Of a DNA stretch of 64,000 nt, positions 17,681 through 27,499 are shown piece after piece (the first letter of the stretch is position 1; each line of letters opens with the position of its first letter). A program made the position numbers and the translations under genes. This DNA comes from an uncultured delta proteobacterium (GTDB lineage Bacteria > Myxococcota_A > Polyangia > Polyangiales > Houyiibacteriaceae), in the NCBI GenBank assembly GCA_963768985.1, contig CAVYJZ010000004.1:1164944-1228943 (forward strand). The letters are read 5' to 3'. The notes below the pieces were generated by a model. The model made no database searches and was not told the DNA's origin. It was given only the letters and a program-made list of their open reading frames with translations.

Positions 17681-18315
17681 GCGCGGAGCGCGTCGAGTAT
17701 GGGCCGAATCGCGTTGCGGCGTAGCTTCAGCGCTGCGCGATTCGCGATCACAACCGAGCTGATATCAGCAATCTTTTCAAGCGGGACCAACCCGTTCTGG
17801 CGAAGGGTTTCGCCGGTTTCCACCAAGTCGACGATGACGTCGGCGAGGCCGGTCAGCGGAGCGAGCTCGACGGAGCCCTGGCAGAAGATCAGCTCGACGG
17901 GGGTGCCCTTCGCGCGAAAGTACCGCTCGGCGATCTGAGGGAACTTGGTCGCGACCCGGAGTGGTCGTTCACCTTTGCCAGCGATGGGCTCGCCGGGACG
18001 ACCGCAGACCATCATGCGGCACTTGCCTATGTCGAGATCTACCGGAGCGAAGACGTCGTAGCTGCGCTCCATCAGAACGTCGCGGCCCACGATGCCGAGG
18101 TCGGCAGCGCCGTACTCGACGTAGGTCGGGACGTCATCTGGTTTGAGCAGCAGGTAGCTAAGCCCAGACGCCTCGTCCTCGCGGACGAGCTTGCGACTCT
18201 GAGCGGTGAGCGCATCGGTGGAGATCCCGGCGTGCGCGAATCGGGCGCTCAGCTGTTCGAGGACGCGGCCCTTGGGGACTGCGATGACGATGGAATCTCG
18301 GTTTCGTTTAGGCAT
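17677..18315 (-). CDS. hisG: ATP phosphoribosyltransferase, short form
   Basis: ORF 17677..18453 contains [12 protein letters not shown]...[15 protein letters not shown]...[14 protein letters not shown]. Start moved to ATG 18315 ([17 protein letters not shown]), giving 212 aa (short HisG). Confidence 0.9.
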   Translation of the reverse strand: MPKRNRDSIVIAVPKGRVLEQLSARFAHAGISTDALTAQSRKLVREDEASGLSYLLLKPDDVPTYVEYGAADLGIVGRDVLMERSYDVFAPVDLDIGKCRMMVCGRPGEPIAGKGERPLRVATKFPQIAERYFRAKGTPVELIFCQGSVELAPLTGLADVIVDLVETGETLRQNGLVPLEKIADISSVVIANRAALKLRRNAIRPILDALRA

Positions 18316-19573
18316 TACCCGGTACTCGCTCGATCTGGGCCCCGAGCTGGACCAACTTCTTCTCGATGTGCTCATAGCCCCGATCGAGATGGTAGACCCG
18401 TCGAACGTAGGTAGTGCCTTCGGCGACCAGGCCGGCCACCACCAGAGATGCACTCGCTCGAAGATCGGTGGCCATCACCTCGGCGCCCTGGAGCTTTTCG
18501 ACGCCCCGAACGGTTGCGGTCCGGCCGTTGACTTGGATATCGGCTCCCATGCGGTTGAGCTCGGAAACGTGCATGAAGCGGTTCTCGAATACCGTCTCGG
18601 TGATACGACTGGTGCCTTTCGCGAGGCACATGAGCATCATGAACTGCGCTTGCATGTCGGTGGGAAATCCGGGATGCGGCTGCGTGATGACATCCGTTGG
18701 GACAATGACGTGCGACCCTACCACCCGAATGCCATCGTCCTCGCGCTCGATTCCGACGCCGGCCTCGCGAAGCTTCGCGATCACCGCTTGAAGTGGCTCA
18801 AATGCGATGCCTCGGAGAAGAAGGTCGCCGGCGGTCGCGGCGGCAACCACCATGAAAGTTCCTGCTTCGACACGATCCGGAATGATCGCGTGCTCGATCG
18901 GATGAAGCGAATCAACCCCTTCGATCGAAATGACCGAAGTGCCCGCCCCCTCGATACGCGCACCCATTTTGTTCAGCACGTGTGCAAGCTCTTCAACCTC
19001 CGGTTCCCGCGCGCAGTTGGTCAGTGTCGTGCGCCCCCTAGCCAAGGCTGCAGCGCACATCAGATTTTCGGTGCCGGTGTGGGTTGGGAAATCTAGTCTG
19101 ATGTCCGCGCCGCGAAGTCGGCTGCCAGGGACCGTAACCTCGACGTATCCATGGCGGAGCTCGACGTCAGCCCCCATCGCTGAAAGACCTTTGAGGTGCT
19201 GGTCGATCGGGCGCGCGCCGATCGCGCACCCACCCGGCAAGGAAACCACCGCCCGGCCGCAACGCGCGACCAGCGGTCCGAGCACCAAAACCGAAGCCCG
19301 CATCTGTTTCACCAGGTCGTACGGCGCCGTGGGGTCGATCGCTCCCGCCAACTCAACTTGAACGCAACCATCGCTATACCGAGCTCGTGCGCCTAGACGA
19401 TCCAGAAGGCGCGTCATCGTGTGAACGTCGCGCAGGTTCGGAACGTTGCGGAACACGTGATTTCCGTCTGCCAAGAGGGAAGCCGCCAAGATGGGCAAAG
19501 CCGCGTTCTTCGCGCCACTGATCGGCACAGCGCCGACGAGTCTCTTTCCCCCGACGATTCGGATGCTGTCCAC
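18308..19573 (-). CDS. murA: UDP-N-acetylglucosamine 1-carboxyvinyltransferase
   Basis: 421 aa, [35 protein letters not shown]..., with active-site Cys in [13 protein letters not shown]. Confidence 0.97.
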   Translation of the reverse strand: MDSIRIVGGKRLVGAVPISGAKNAALPILAASLLADGNHVFRNVPNLRDVHTMTRLLDRLGARARYSDGCVQVELAGAIDPTAPYDLVKQMRASVLVLGPLVARCGRAVVSLPGGCAIGARPIDQHLKGLSAMGADVELRHGYVEVTVPGSRLRGADIRLDFPTHTGTENLMCAAALARGRTTLTNCAREPEVEELAHVLNKMGARIEGAGTSVISIEGVDSLHPIEHAIIPDRVEAGTFMVVAAATAGDLLLRGIAFEPLQAVIAKLREAGVGIEREDDGIRVVGSHVIVPTDVITQPHPGFPTDMQAQFMMLMCLAKGTSRITETVFENRFMHVSELNRMGADIQVNGRTATVRGVEKLQGAEVMATDLRASASLVVAGLVAEGTTYVRRVYHLDRGYEHIEKKLVQLGAQIERVPGNA

Positions 19574-19612
19574 GAGGCCCCCGTTTACCCCGTGACCCTG
19601 CTTCGGGCAACT

Positions 19613-20257
19613 TCAGGCGAACAGCAGTCCCAGGGTGAATGATGCGAACCCCACTACGGCACCCCACAGTGGGCCGCGAGCGGACGACCAATGGAAGCGA
19701 CCAGTCGAATCGAACCCTCGCCATGCCATGAGGCCCAATGCCCCGACCCAAACCGCCATTCCCAACAAGAGCAGAGTCCCCCACCATGGATCGGGGCCGA
19801 TTCCGATGCCGAGAAGGCGTCGATGATCTGCCACGAGTTGCTCCACGCTTAGATTGGCGTCGATCGCGGCACTCCGATCCATCGCGACGAGCCGCGCAAT
19901 TTGGTCGCGCGCGTGCTCCAACTCGGGGTTCGTGCCCGCATACAGAAAGCGCGTCGCGGCGAGCCCCCCGGCCAGCGATCGCCAAGCCGACAATGCTCCC
20001 GTGACGTCACCATCGGCCTCCAATCGTGATGCGATCGATTTCAGGGCCGATGCCGCATCGGACGCGTAAGGACTCAGGGGAAACCACCAGCGAATGGCCC
20101 GCCGGTAGTGTTCGATCGCGAGCGGAATCTGATCGTCATCTCGGTAGGCCTTTGCGGCCGCGAGATCGGTGCGTGACTCAAAAGCGACGCGCCCCAGCAC
20201 GAGCGTCGCTAGAAGGATCGGCGCGACGATCGCTCCAAGCACCCAAGCACGTTTCAT
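19613..20257 (-). CDS. Hypothetical membrane protein
   Basis: 214 aa. N-terminal TM helix, a helical repeat-like middle (AIEHYRRAIRWW...) and two C-terminal TM helices. ATGA overlap with the upstream permease gene. Confidence 0.6.
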   Translation of the reverse strand: MKRAWVLGAIVAPILLATLVLGRVAFESRTDLAAAKAYRDDDQIPLAIEHYRRAIRWWFPLSPYASDAASALKSIASRLEADGDVTGALSAWRSLAGGLAATRFLYAGTNPELEHARDQIARLVAMDRSAAIDANLSVEQLVADHRRLLGIGIGPDPWWGTLLLLGMAVWVGALGLMAWRGFDSTGRFHWSSARGPLWGAVVGFASFTLGLLFA

Positions 20258-21189
20258 AGGAAGTCTCGTCGGCGGAAGATCAGTGCGGCGACGAAGAGAG
20301 TGGCCGCGGCGTAGAGGATCGCGTAGCTCATCGAAGTCGCGACGTATGTCAATGGCTCTCCGTAGGTCGCCGCCCTCATGACCAGGGTGTTACGGCCTGG
20401 GACGAAGAGATTGAAATTGGGCACAACCTCCGCCAACCAGCTGAGAATCGTCTTCATGGAAGGGCTGAGCACCCGAGTCTTCATCGCCACCATGTCGTTC
20501 GCTGATCTGCCCACCATCCAGACGCCGAACGTGAATGCGCCGGTCAGGAAGGGCGTCGAGAAGGACGAAAAAAGGAGAGCGACGGCGGTGAGGATGAGTA
20601 CTTCACCGAGATTGAGAACCAACGAGGCGAGCAACGTGAACAGCTCCACGTCGACCTGAGAGCAAAGCCACGCTGAGGCACCGAGCGCAGTCAATGACCA
20701 AATAGGCACTACCAGCGCGCGATCCTTGGAAAGCAAGAAACTAACCGCGAGGATGGCTAGAAGGGCCGCGGGCACGGCGATCACGAGCGTCGTCGATGCA
20801 CCCGCCTGAATCGCCGTTACCAGAAGCTGCAGCGCTCCCATGATCGCCACGAACACAGCACACGTGGCCACGATGCCGAAGTACTTGCCCAACAAGAATT
20901 CGAACCGCGCGATCGGTTTTGGAAGGATGACGTAGAGCGTTTTGCGCTCGATCTCTTTGTAGAGGAGCGAGGAACCGAGGAAGATCGCGACGAGCACCGA
21001 AAATAGTGAGATCGACGCGAGACCCAGGTCGGTGACCACACGCATCTGCTGGTCGAGTGAGAGCTCGCCCAAAGCCAGCGTCAGCGCGAGCACGCCGGCA
21101 GCCAGCACGAGAACCCCGAACAACACTTTGTCTCGAACTGCCTCGCGGTACGTATTGAGGGCGACTGCGTAGATCCGAGCGATCCTCAT
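20254..21189 (-). CDS. ABC-2-type transporter permease-like membrane protein
   Basis: ORF 20254..21339. Start moved to ATG 21189 (MRIARIYAVALNTYREAVRDKVLFGVLVL...), which is typical of ABC-2/NosY-like permeases. About 8 TM helices. No ATPase gene nearby. Confidence 0.65.
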   Translation of the reverse strand: MRIARIYAVALNTYREAVRDKVLFGVLVLAAGVLALTLALGELSLDQQMRVVTDLGLASISLFSVLVAIFLGSSLLYKEIERKTLYVILPKPIARFEFLLGKYFGIVATCAVFVAIMGALQLLVTAIQAGASTTLVIAVPAALLAILAVSFLLSKDRALVVPIWSLTALGASAWLCSQVDVELFTLLASLVLNLGEVLILTAVALLFSSFSTPFLTGAFTFGVWMVGRSANDMVAMKTRVLSPSMKTILSWLAEVVPNFNLFVPGRNTLVMRAATYGEPLTYVATSMSYAILYAAATLFVAALIFRRRDFL

Positions 21190-21845
21190 TGCCCGATTTC
21201 CACGCGATCTCCGGCCGAAGGAGGGGAAAGTGTCGACGAGCTCATCCAGTACGCGCGGCCAGTCGCGAAGTGGCTCAGGACGTTTATCGCCATCAGCACC
21301 ATCACTGCAGACGCTACGGTACAGCCGACTTCCAGCCACCGTGAACTTTCAGGCCCACGCCAGACGCCCCATGCACGAAATGTAGCGGCGAATCCTTGGG
21401 AGAGAAACAGACCCAGTGCGGCCAGACCCGCAACGTAGAACGCGAGGACCGGTGGGCGAGAGAGAAAGCCGCGTAAGAGCTCGTACTGACTCAGGGCTAC
21501 CGGGCCGACGCGAACCGTCATGACCCACTGCAGAATCAGGTGAGCGACCACCAAGCCCCAGGCGGCCCCACCCGAGAGCATCTGCAACCGCCGGCAACCC
21601 TCGGAACGGTACAGGCCTTCGGCTGCACGCGCGTCGCTGCGAATCAGGCTCCATCCGCGAGCATAGAGTCCGAGGAATACGAGCAGCACGAAGGACCAGA
21701 CTACCAACGATAGCCAGGTAGCGGGTGACGCCGCGGCGAACGAGCTGGCCCCGTGGAGCGCGGGCCACATGCGAGCGATCTCCAGCGCGAAAACGGCGGT
21801 GATGGGCCAAACCGTCAATGCGATGTGACTGCGATCGCGTGGCAC
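21186..21845 (-). CDS. Hypothetical polytopic membrane protein
   Basis: 219 aa with 5-6 hydrophobic helices. ATGA overlap with the downstream permease. Function not recognisable. Confidence 0.55.
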   Translation of the reverse strand: MPRDRSHIALTVWPITAVFALEIARMWPALHGASSFAAASPATWLSLVVWSFVLLVFLGLYARGWSLIRSDARAAEGLYRSEGCRRLQMLSGGAAWGLVVAHLILQWVMTVRVGPVALSQYELLRGFLSRPPVLAFYVAGLAALGLFLSQGFAATFRAWGVWRGPESSRWLEVGCTVASAVMVLMAINVLSHFATGRAYWMSSSTLSPPSAGDRVEIGQ

Positions 21846-21883
21846 GGCGTACTACCTAACGCTCTGGTCTTCATGCGGTCAAC

Positions 21884-22795
21884 TTACTTCAGAAGAGCGA
21901 CCTTCCGCGAGTCTTCGCTGCGTCCATCGAGTCCAAGCAATGTGAGCGGCTCGTCCGATAAGGTCATGCGGACTCGGTCGCCAATACCAATTGGGTAAAC
22001 CTTCTGAGTTCCGTCGAGGAAGATGCGACCCATGGTCATGCGGCTTGTAATCGCGAGATCCTCGCCGGGCGAGACCATGCCTTTGATGAGACCATATCGG
22101 TTGTTGACCCCTCGATAGGGCTCGCGGACCACGAACTGGATCTTCTGCGACCCCATCGGGAGCACCTTGCCACCGGCTGAACCGATCGCCGCCGTCGAAC
22201 CCGCTGCCGGACCGACCCACACCCCGCTCGACATCTGGCGCTCGGCTTCGCCACCGAACTCCAAAATGTACCGCGATGTCGCCGCGGGACTCTCGTGACA
22301 ATAGAGAGCGTCGTTGAGCACGCGCGTCGATATCACCGCGTCTCCCACGTCGACGCGCATTCGGGCCAGTCGGCTCGGCTTCAATGCTCCCTCGAGCGCA
22401 GCGGCGAGCACCTCATCCACTTTGACCCCTGACCCTGCGCAAAAGTACCCGACGCTCGAATCCGGTGCGCTGTTGATCGCCAACATGGGAGTGGATGAGT
22501 CGGCCAGGTGCGAGGCCCACAGGAGCGTGCCATCACCTCCCAGGGTGACGATGAGATCCCAGGAACCTTCTTCAGGAAGAGGCTCGGGACGGTATCGGAG
22601 CACCGCACGGGCGCCCAAATCACGAAGTGCATCCTTTGCCTGTCGCAAAGTCTGTTGGTGAATTTCATGCTCGTGGAGCAAGCCATCGACGGAGACGTCG
22701 CTATGCGCGATCAGCTCTCGAAGCCGTGCCTGCGCGCGACCTACATATCGCTGGTAGGTGCTCTTCTTATAGATGACGAGGACTCTTGGCCGCAT
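21884..22795 (-). CDS. nadK: NAD+ kinase
   Basis: 303 aa. GGDGTLL motif (IVTLGGDGTLLWASH) and the NAD-kinase C-terminal region. Confidence 0.9.
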   Translation of the reverse strand: MRPRVLVIYKKSTYQRYVGRAQARLRELIAHSDVSVDGLLHEHEIHQQTLRQAKDALRDLGARAVLRYRPEPLPEEGSWDLIVTLGGDGTLLWASHLADSSTPMLAINSAPDSSVGYFCAGSGVKVDEVLAAALEGALKPSRLARMRVDVGDAVISTRVLNDALYCHESPAATSRYILEFGGEAERQMSSGVWVGPAAGSTAAIGSAGGKVLPMGSQKIQFVVREPYRGVNNRYGLIKGMVSPGEDLAITSRMTMGRIFLDGTQKVYPIGIGDRVRMTLSDEPLTLLGLDGRSEDSRKVALLK

Positions 22796-22831
22796 GCGTG
22801 ACTCGTGGTGAGAATCGCGATTTGCCGCGCC

Positions 22832-23479
22832 TTACCCGGTCGGGATCTTCTTCGCATCGGCCAGGAATCGTTCGAGGCCAATGTCGGTGAGCGGATGCTT
22901 CACCAGCTGGTGGATCACTTTGTGCGGAAGAGTCGCAACGTCCGCGCCAAGGAGTGCAGCCTGCACCACGTGGACGGGGTGGCGAATGCTTGCTGCAAGG
23001 ACCTGCGTGCTGAGACCGTAGTTTTGGTAAATTGCGACCAGCTGCTCCACGATCTCCATGCCGTTGCCGCTGATGTCGTCAATCCGGCCGATGAAAGGAC
23101 TGACATACGTCGCCCCCGCTTTGGCCGCGAGTAGCCCTTGCGTTGGGCTGAAGCACAGAGTGACGTTGGTGCGGATACCTTCTTCGGTAAGCGTTCGAAC
23201 GGCTTTGAGGCCCTCCGCGATCAACGGAACTTTGACGACGATGTTCTCGTGCATCGCCGCGAGGACCCTAGCCTCTTTCATGATGCCTTCGTACTGCGTC
23301 GAAATGACTTCTGCGCTGATCGGGCCATCGACCACTTCGCAAATGTCGACGAGCACGTCTTTGAAGGGCCGCCCCGTCTTGGCGACCAGCGACGGATTGG
23401 TCGTCACCCCATCGATGACGCCCATAGCAGCGGCGTCACGAATCTCCTCGATGTCTGCGGAGTCGATGAAAATCTGCAT
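22832..23479 (-). CDS. fsa: Fructose-6-phosphate aldolase / transaldolase family 3B
   Basis: 215 aa, [31 protein letters not shown]..., with Schiff-base Lys in NIVVKVP. Confidence 0.92.
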   Translation of the reverse strand: MQIFIDSADIEEIRDAAAMGVIDGVTTNPSLVAKTGRPFKDVLVDICEVVDGPISAEVISTQYEGIMKEARVLAAMHENIVVKVPLIAEGLKAVRTLTEEGIRTNVTLCFSPTQGLLAAKAGATYVSPFIGRIDDISGNGMEIVEQLVAIYQNYGLSTQVLAASIRHPVHVVQAALLGADVATLPHKVIHQLVKHPLTDIGLERFLADAKKIPTG

Positions 23480-23562
23480 GCCGATAGTAAAGAGCGGTGG
23501 ACTCGCAGGGTCAAGCGGAGCCTGCGCTCAACCACCTCGCTGCAGGGAAACGCGTGATCCCG

Positions 23563-23685
23563 TCACTTCCCGACCTCCACCTCGAAGTCGATCTCATGCG
23601 ACTGGGCGGGTGGCCCGGCTCTGGGAGGCGACCGCGAGCACACGATGAAGGTCGCGACAATGGCTGCGATGAGCCACAATATCAT
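23563..23685 (-). CDS. Possible 40-aa single-TM micro-protein (speculative)
   Basis: Unlisted ORF MILWLIAAIVATFIVCSRSPPRAGPPAQSHEIDFEVEVGK*. GC3-rich codons and a hydrophobic N-terminus. It lies in an otherwise empty 307-nt gap upstream of fsa. The GGGAG sits too close to the ATG for a good RBS. Confidence 0.25.
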   Translation of the reverse strand: MILWLIAAIVATFIVCSRSPPRAGPPAQSHEIDFEVEVGK

Positions 23686-23786
23686 GCTCCCTGGTGTCCA
23701 TTTGCTCTTGGCGCGCACGGCTTGGTCCGGTCGGGGCGGTTGTGTCGCGAGAATGAAGTTTCTGCAACCGAGGTCGTCGAAACGAA

Positions 23787-25028
23787 ATGCGGAGATTTCT
23801 TACAGCTTTCGTCCTCGTTGCAGCGTGCAGCACCACCGCGCTGGCCGATCATCAGAGCTCCAAAGCAGACGCGACGGTCGCAAGACTCGGTGCCTTGAGT
23901 GCCCAGGAGCGGGCGCTGATCCAGCCGTACCTCGCGCAAGGGCCCATCCTGCTGACCGAGTTCCAAAATCAGCAGACCGACCTTCCCGCGGTGATCTACG
24001 CAGCACGTATCCATGCCCCGGCGGCAACCATCGCAAGGGTGATCGGTAGACCAAGCGACTACCCAACCTTCATGCGTGCCCTCACTGCGGTCGACATCCG
24101 GGCGGTCAACGGCCCGATGACGGCATTCGACTGGACCTGGGGCGTGACGCTGTTCTCCCTGACCGGACACAATGTGATGACGACCTATCCGGCAGATTCG
24201 ACACGGGGCTACCGGTTCGACATTCAAACGACCGGCGGAGAGCTCGGAATCGGGCGAGTCATGTGGCGCGTCTATCCCGAGGGTCCCAGCCAATCGCTCA
24301 TCGTGTTCTCCTCGCGGCTCGACGTACGGGATGCGAACTACATTACGCGGCAGCTCGTCTCGGGGGGCACCGGCATGAACCGATCGATCAACGTCGCGGT
24401 GGCCATGGTCACCTTGCTGGAGGTCAAGGCGGAGGCGGAGCGGCGAGCGGGCACCTACATCAATGGGAAGTTCCCGGCAAAGCCGCTGCATCGCCCAAAC
24501 GTGAACATGAAGGCACTGCATTCGCTTCTGGGGCGCGGCGACTTGGTGCTCTTGGATTTGGACGGCGACACGCTGCAAAGCGTCACCGTCGTGGGGCGAC
24601 TCGGAGCAAGCGTCGACCGAGTGCGCCGCGTGATGCTCGACCCGGAGGAGTTCGGCAAGTCGTTCCTTCACGGGAGCTGCGCGGAGGTGATCGATCGCAC
24701 GGACGACGGCGTGAAGTTCGCGTGGGAGATTCCAATCCCCCTATTGCACGTGGGTGGAGAGATGATCCTCCGGCCGAGCCCCACCGTAATCGCGATCGAC
24801 GGCGTCTCCGGTACGCTTTCGAAGGGTCAGTGGCGCTTCGACACGCACCGCTACCCCGGGGGTGAAGCTGGTGTCGTCGCGTGGGCGGCGTTCGACCCCG
24901 CCGACTCGCCGAAGCTGATGCGGAAGCTGATCGCAGGAAATACCCAATTTTCCCATGGTTTTGTCGCTGCCACACAGCTTGGGGTGATGCGGTCGTTACG
25001 CGCGCGCGTTCGTCTTTCGGGTCGCTAG
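23787..25028 (+). CDS. Secreted protein with two SRPBCC/START-like halves (hypothetical)
   Basis: 413 aa with signal peptide MRRFLTAFVLVAACSTTALA. Two internally similar halves have a beta-rich pattern suggestive of the Bet v1/START fold. The fold call is tentative. Confidence 0.6.
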   Translation: MRRFLTAFVLVAACSTTALADHQSSKADATVARLGALSAQERALIQPYLAQGPILLTEFQNQQTDLPAVIYAARIHAPAATIARVIGRPSDYPTFMRALTAVDIRAVNGPMTAFDWTWGVTLFSLTGHNVMTTYPADSTRGYRFDIQTTGGELGIGRVMWRVYPEGPSQSLIVFSSRLDVRDANYITRQLVSGGTGMNRSINVAVAMVTLLEVKAEAERRAGTYINGKFPAKPLHRPNVNMKALHSLLGRGDLVLLDLDGDTLQSVTVVGRLGASVDRVRRVMLDPEEFGKSFLHGSCAEVIDRTDDGVKFAWEIPIPLLHVGGEMILRPSPTVIAIDGVSGTLSKGQWRFDTHRYPGGEAGVVAWAAFDPADSPKLMRKLIAGNTQFSHGFVAATQLGVMRSLRARVRLSGR

Positions 25029-25049
25029 CGACTTGGATTTCGCTTCGTC

Positions 25050-26012
25050 TTAGAAGTGGAGGATCGCCGTGGCGCCGGCCCCTTGTGTTTGGATTTGCAG
25101 GCGTGCCGTCTCATGCTCGCGCCGTCTCTTGTTCTTGTGCGTCTGGAAGAGCGTGAAAGAGGCGATCGCCGACAGTACTGCCAGGCCGAGCGACACCTCG
25201 GCGGAGACCGTCAATGGGCTCGTCTTGCCAGCGTTCGTCCCGGAAGAGTCCTGCCGCAGAGCCAGAGAACCGACGATCGTCGCAGTCACGAACGACGCTG
25301 CGGCGATGCTCCCAGTCGACATCACGGCTCGACGAATGATCCTGTCCTCCTTTTCGGACGCGAGCCGAGCCTGCAAGCTCGGGTCCTCGCTCGGCTCGAC
25401 AGTCACCTGGCTCTTCGTTTCCGGCGTGAAGTCCAGCTCTTTCACTTCGCCATAACCGACTTGCACGGTCTTCTCGCCAACGTGCTTTCCTTCGCCCACG
25501 ACGATGACCGAATGCGAGCCGGGGGCGACCTCGAGCTCGGCCGGCGTCTTCTTTCCGACGGGTACGCCATCGAGAAGGATCGCACAATCAGGTTGCTCGG
25601 AAACGACCCGAAGGACAGCGGGGCTTTGCAGGAGTGTCGCGATGCGGGCCTCGATTGCGGGTTGATCCGGCGCGTCAGGTCGCTCGACTAGGTACTGCCG
25701 GAGCATCGCCACAGCCCCAGGCTCGTCTCCACGGCGTTCACGGGTATCGGCCACCGCGACGAGCAAGGTTGGATCTCGCCCCAGCGCATGCGCGCGCAGC
25801 CAGGCACTTTCCGCAGACTCATATCGCTTCGCCTCGAAAAGTCGCGCGCCGAGCTCGTACGCCTGATCGACGGTCGTCATCGGATCGGAGAGAAGGTCAC
25901 TCAACTCGGCATCGGAAGGCAGTTGCATGCTCTGCGCCGGCTCCTCGGGAGCCTGGGCACCCGCCTGAGCTGCGAAGCCTATAAGCAGCACTGCGAGCCG
26001 CGCGGATCTCAT
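25050..26012 (-). CDS. PEGA domain protein with TPR-like N-terminal region
   Basis: ORF 25050..26297, with start moved to ATG 26012 (MRSARLAVLLIGFAAQAGAQA, signal peptide). PEGA domain LRVVSEQPDCAILLDGVPVGKKTPAELEVAPGSHSVIVV. C-terminal hydrophobic segments, ends ...ATAILHF. The upstream 95 codons are an Arg-rich artefact of reading antisense to the Gly-rich gene. Confidence 0.78.
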   Translation of the reverse strand: MRSARLAVLLIGFAAQAGAQAPEEPAQSMQLPSDAELSDLLSDPMTTVDQAYELGARLFEAKRYESAESAWLRAHALGRDPTLLVAVADTRERRGDEPGAVAMLRQYLVERPDAPDQPAIEARIATLLQSPAVLRVVSEQPDCAILLDGVPVGKKTPAELEVAPGSHSVIVVGEGKHVGEKTVQVGYGEVKELDFTPETKSQVTVEPSEDPSLQARLASEKEDRIIRRAVMSTGSIAAASFVTATIVGSLALRQDSSGTNAGKTSPLTVSAEVSLGLAVLSAIASFTLFQTHKNKRRREHETARLQIQTQGAGATAILHF

Positions 26013-26017
26013 GCAGA

Positions 26018-26488
26018 CTAGACGCCCCCGTCGACGCCGCCCATGCCGCCTAGGCCTCCTGTACCAGCCAGGCCACCGGTACCGCCCTGGCCGCTCGCGC
26101 CGCCGGTGCCACCTTGGCCTCCGCTGCCAGCCGCGCCGCCGACGCCGCCTCCACCGCCGTTGCCAGCCGTCCCGCCCGCGCCAGCCGCCCCGCCCGCGCC
26201 AGACGCGCCGCCGGTGCCAGCCGCCCCGCCGGTGCCAGCCGCCCCGCCGGTCGCGCCAGACCCGCCGGTGCCGCCGCCGCCAACCAAGCTGTCGCACACC
26301 TGTTGCGTTTCACACTTTCCGTGCGTGTAAGGGCTGCCCAGGTGGCAACAGATCAGAGCACCGTCGCATTCGTCGTCTTGAAAGCACGTCGTGCCCACGC
26401 CCCCTACACAGGCGACCGCGAGAATGAGGACTGTGAACGCAAGCCAAAGCAGGTTGGAAGTGATATGTCGCATCGGCGCGGCGAGCAT
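26018..26488 (-). CDS. Lipoprotein with small Cys-rich domain and about 90-aa Gly-rich (GGxGG) tail
   Basis: 156 aa with signal/lipobox LWLAFTVLILAVAC. Cys-rich CFQDDECDGALICCHLGSPYTHGKCETQQVC, then GGGGTGGSGATGGAAGTGGAAGTGGASGAGGAAGAGGTAGNGGGGGVGGAAGSGGQGGTGGASGQGGTGGLAGTGGLGGMGG. Its stop lies 5 nt before the PEGA gene start. Confidence 0.7.
   Translation of the reverse strand: MLAAPMRHITSNLLWLAFTVLILAVACVGGVGTTCFQDDECDGALICCHLGSPYTHGKCETQQVCDSLVGGGGTGGSGATGGAAGTGGAAGTGGASGAGGAAGAGGTAGNGGGGGVGGAAGSGGQGGTGGASGQGGTGGLAGTGGLGGMGGVDGGV
26021..26287 (-). repeat. Imperfect tandem GGN-rich coding repeat
   Basis: Iterated GCCGCCGGTGCC / GCCAGCCGCCCCGCCGGT units, including an exact 18-nt duplication cgccggtgccagccgccc. 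They encode the Gly-rich tail. Confidence 0.8.
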
Positions 26489-26560
26489 AGCTCACGGCGT
26501 CCGAGGGGGCCACGCTTCCGGCTCGATCAGGGGCCGGCCCCCGCTACACTCTCGCCTCCC

Positions 26561-27499
26561 ATGCCGAAGCCGGAAAACCACGCCGAAGCGCCGCGCGCTG
26601 GCCGATGTGCGATCGTCGGACGTCCCAACGTCGGGAAGTCTACGCTGCTCAACGCGCTGCTGGGCCAGAAGCTCGTCATCGCAACATCGCGGCCGGGTAC
26701 GACGCGCTCCTGTGTGCTCGGGGTCTACGCATCCGACGATCCACCGACCCAAGTGGCCTTCGTCGACACCCCAGGGCTCGAACGGCCGAAGGGCGCGCTC
26801 GGTCGAGTGTTGATCGACAGTGCGAGGCAGGGTCTCGTCGACTGCGACGCGGTCGTATTCGTGACCGAGGCACCCAAAGATAGTGGGCCGATCCGGGTCC
26901 ACGAAAAGGATGCTGCGGTCTTGCAAGCGTTGGAGGATTCGGCAGCGCCGGTGCTCCTAGCCATCAACAAGGTGGACCGGCTCAAGGCTAAAGAGCGGCT
27001 CTTCGCGTTCATCGAGGCTTATCAGGAACAGCGCAGGTTCGCAGCGGTCGTACCGATCTCGGCGACCCATGGGACGAACCTCGACGCCTTGCTCGGGGAG
27101 ATCCGCGGGACCCTGCCCGAAGGTTTGCTGTACGACGCGGACTTCTTGACCGACCGGCCGGAGCGATTCTTCGTGAGCGAGCTCGTCCGGGAAGCCGCGA
27201 TGCTCAACACACGTCAGGAAGTGCCGTACGGTATCGCATGTGAGTTGGACAGCTACCGCGAAGAGAACGGGTTGCTTCGTATCGAGGGCACTCTCATCGT
27301 CGAGAAGGCGAGCCATAAAGCAATCGTGATCGGCACGCAGGGCGATACGATCAAGAAGATCAGCACCGAGGCCCGCGAGCAGATCGAAACCTTCCTGCAG
27401 CGGAAGGTGTACCTGCGTTTGTGGGTGAAGGTCGTCCCTGGATGGACGCGCGACCCAATCAAGGCGCGTCAGCTTGCGATCAAGGAGAATCAGCCGTGA
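26561..27499 (+). CDS. era: GTPase Era
   Basis: ORF 26114..27499, with start moved to ATG 26561 ([35 protein letters not shown]). G1-G4 motifs and a KH domain (LRLWVKV). Confidence 0.93.
   Translation: MPKPENHAEAPRAGRCAIVGRPNVGKSTLLNALLGQKLVIATSRPGTTRSCVLGVYASDDPPTQVAFVDTPGLERPKGALGRVLIDSARQGLVDCDAVVFVTEAPKDSGPIRVHEKDAAVLQALEDSAAPVLLAINKVDRLKAKERLFAFIEAYQEQRRFAAVVPISATHGTNLDALLGEIRGTLPEGLLYDADFLTDRPERFFVSELVREAAMLNTRQEVPYGIACELDSYREENGLLRIEGTLIVEKASHKAIVIGTQGDTIKKISTEAREQIETFLQRKVYLRLWVKVVPGWTRDPIKARQLAIKENQP

Noticed and set aside
26021-26287. A possible CRISPR-like or minisatellite array, considered also for 62007..62135.
   Set aside because: The repeats are short (18-24 nt), contiguous without spacers, and in frame within clearly coding low-complexity regions (Gly-rich tail, PAPASV linker). 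No cas genes are present.
26013-26560. Arg-rich N-terminal extension of ORF 25050..26297, the Ala/Arg/Pro-rich first 149 codons of ORF 26114..27499, and the Pro-rich ORF 26043..26330.
   Set aside because: All of these read through the GGN-repeat DNA of the Gly-rich lipoprotein gene in other frames or on the other strand. The downstream internal ATGs (26012 and 26561) give a proper signal peptide and the Era N-terminus respectively.
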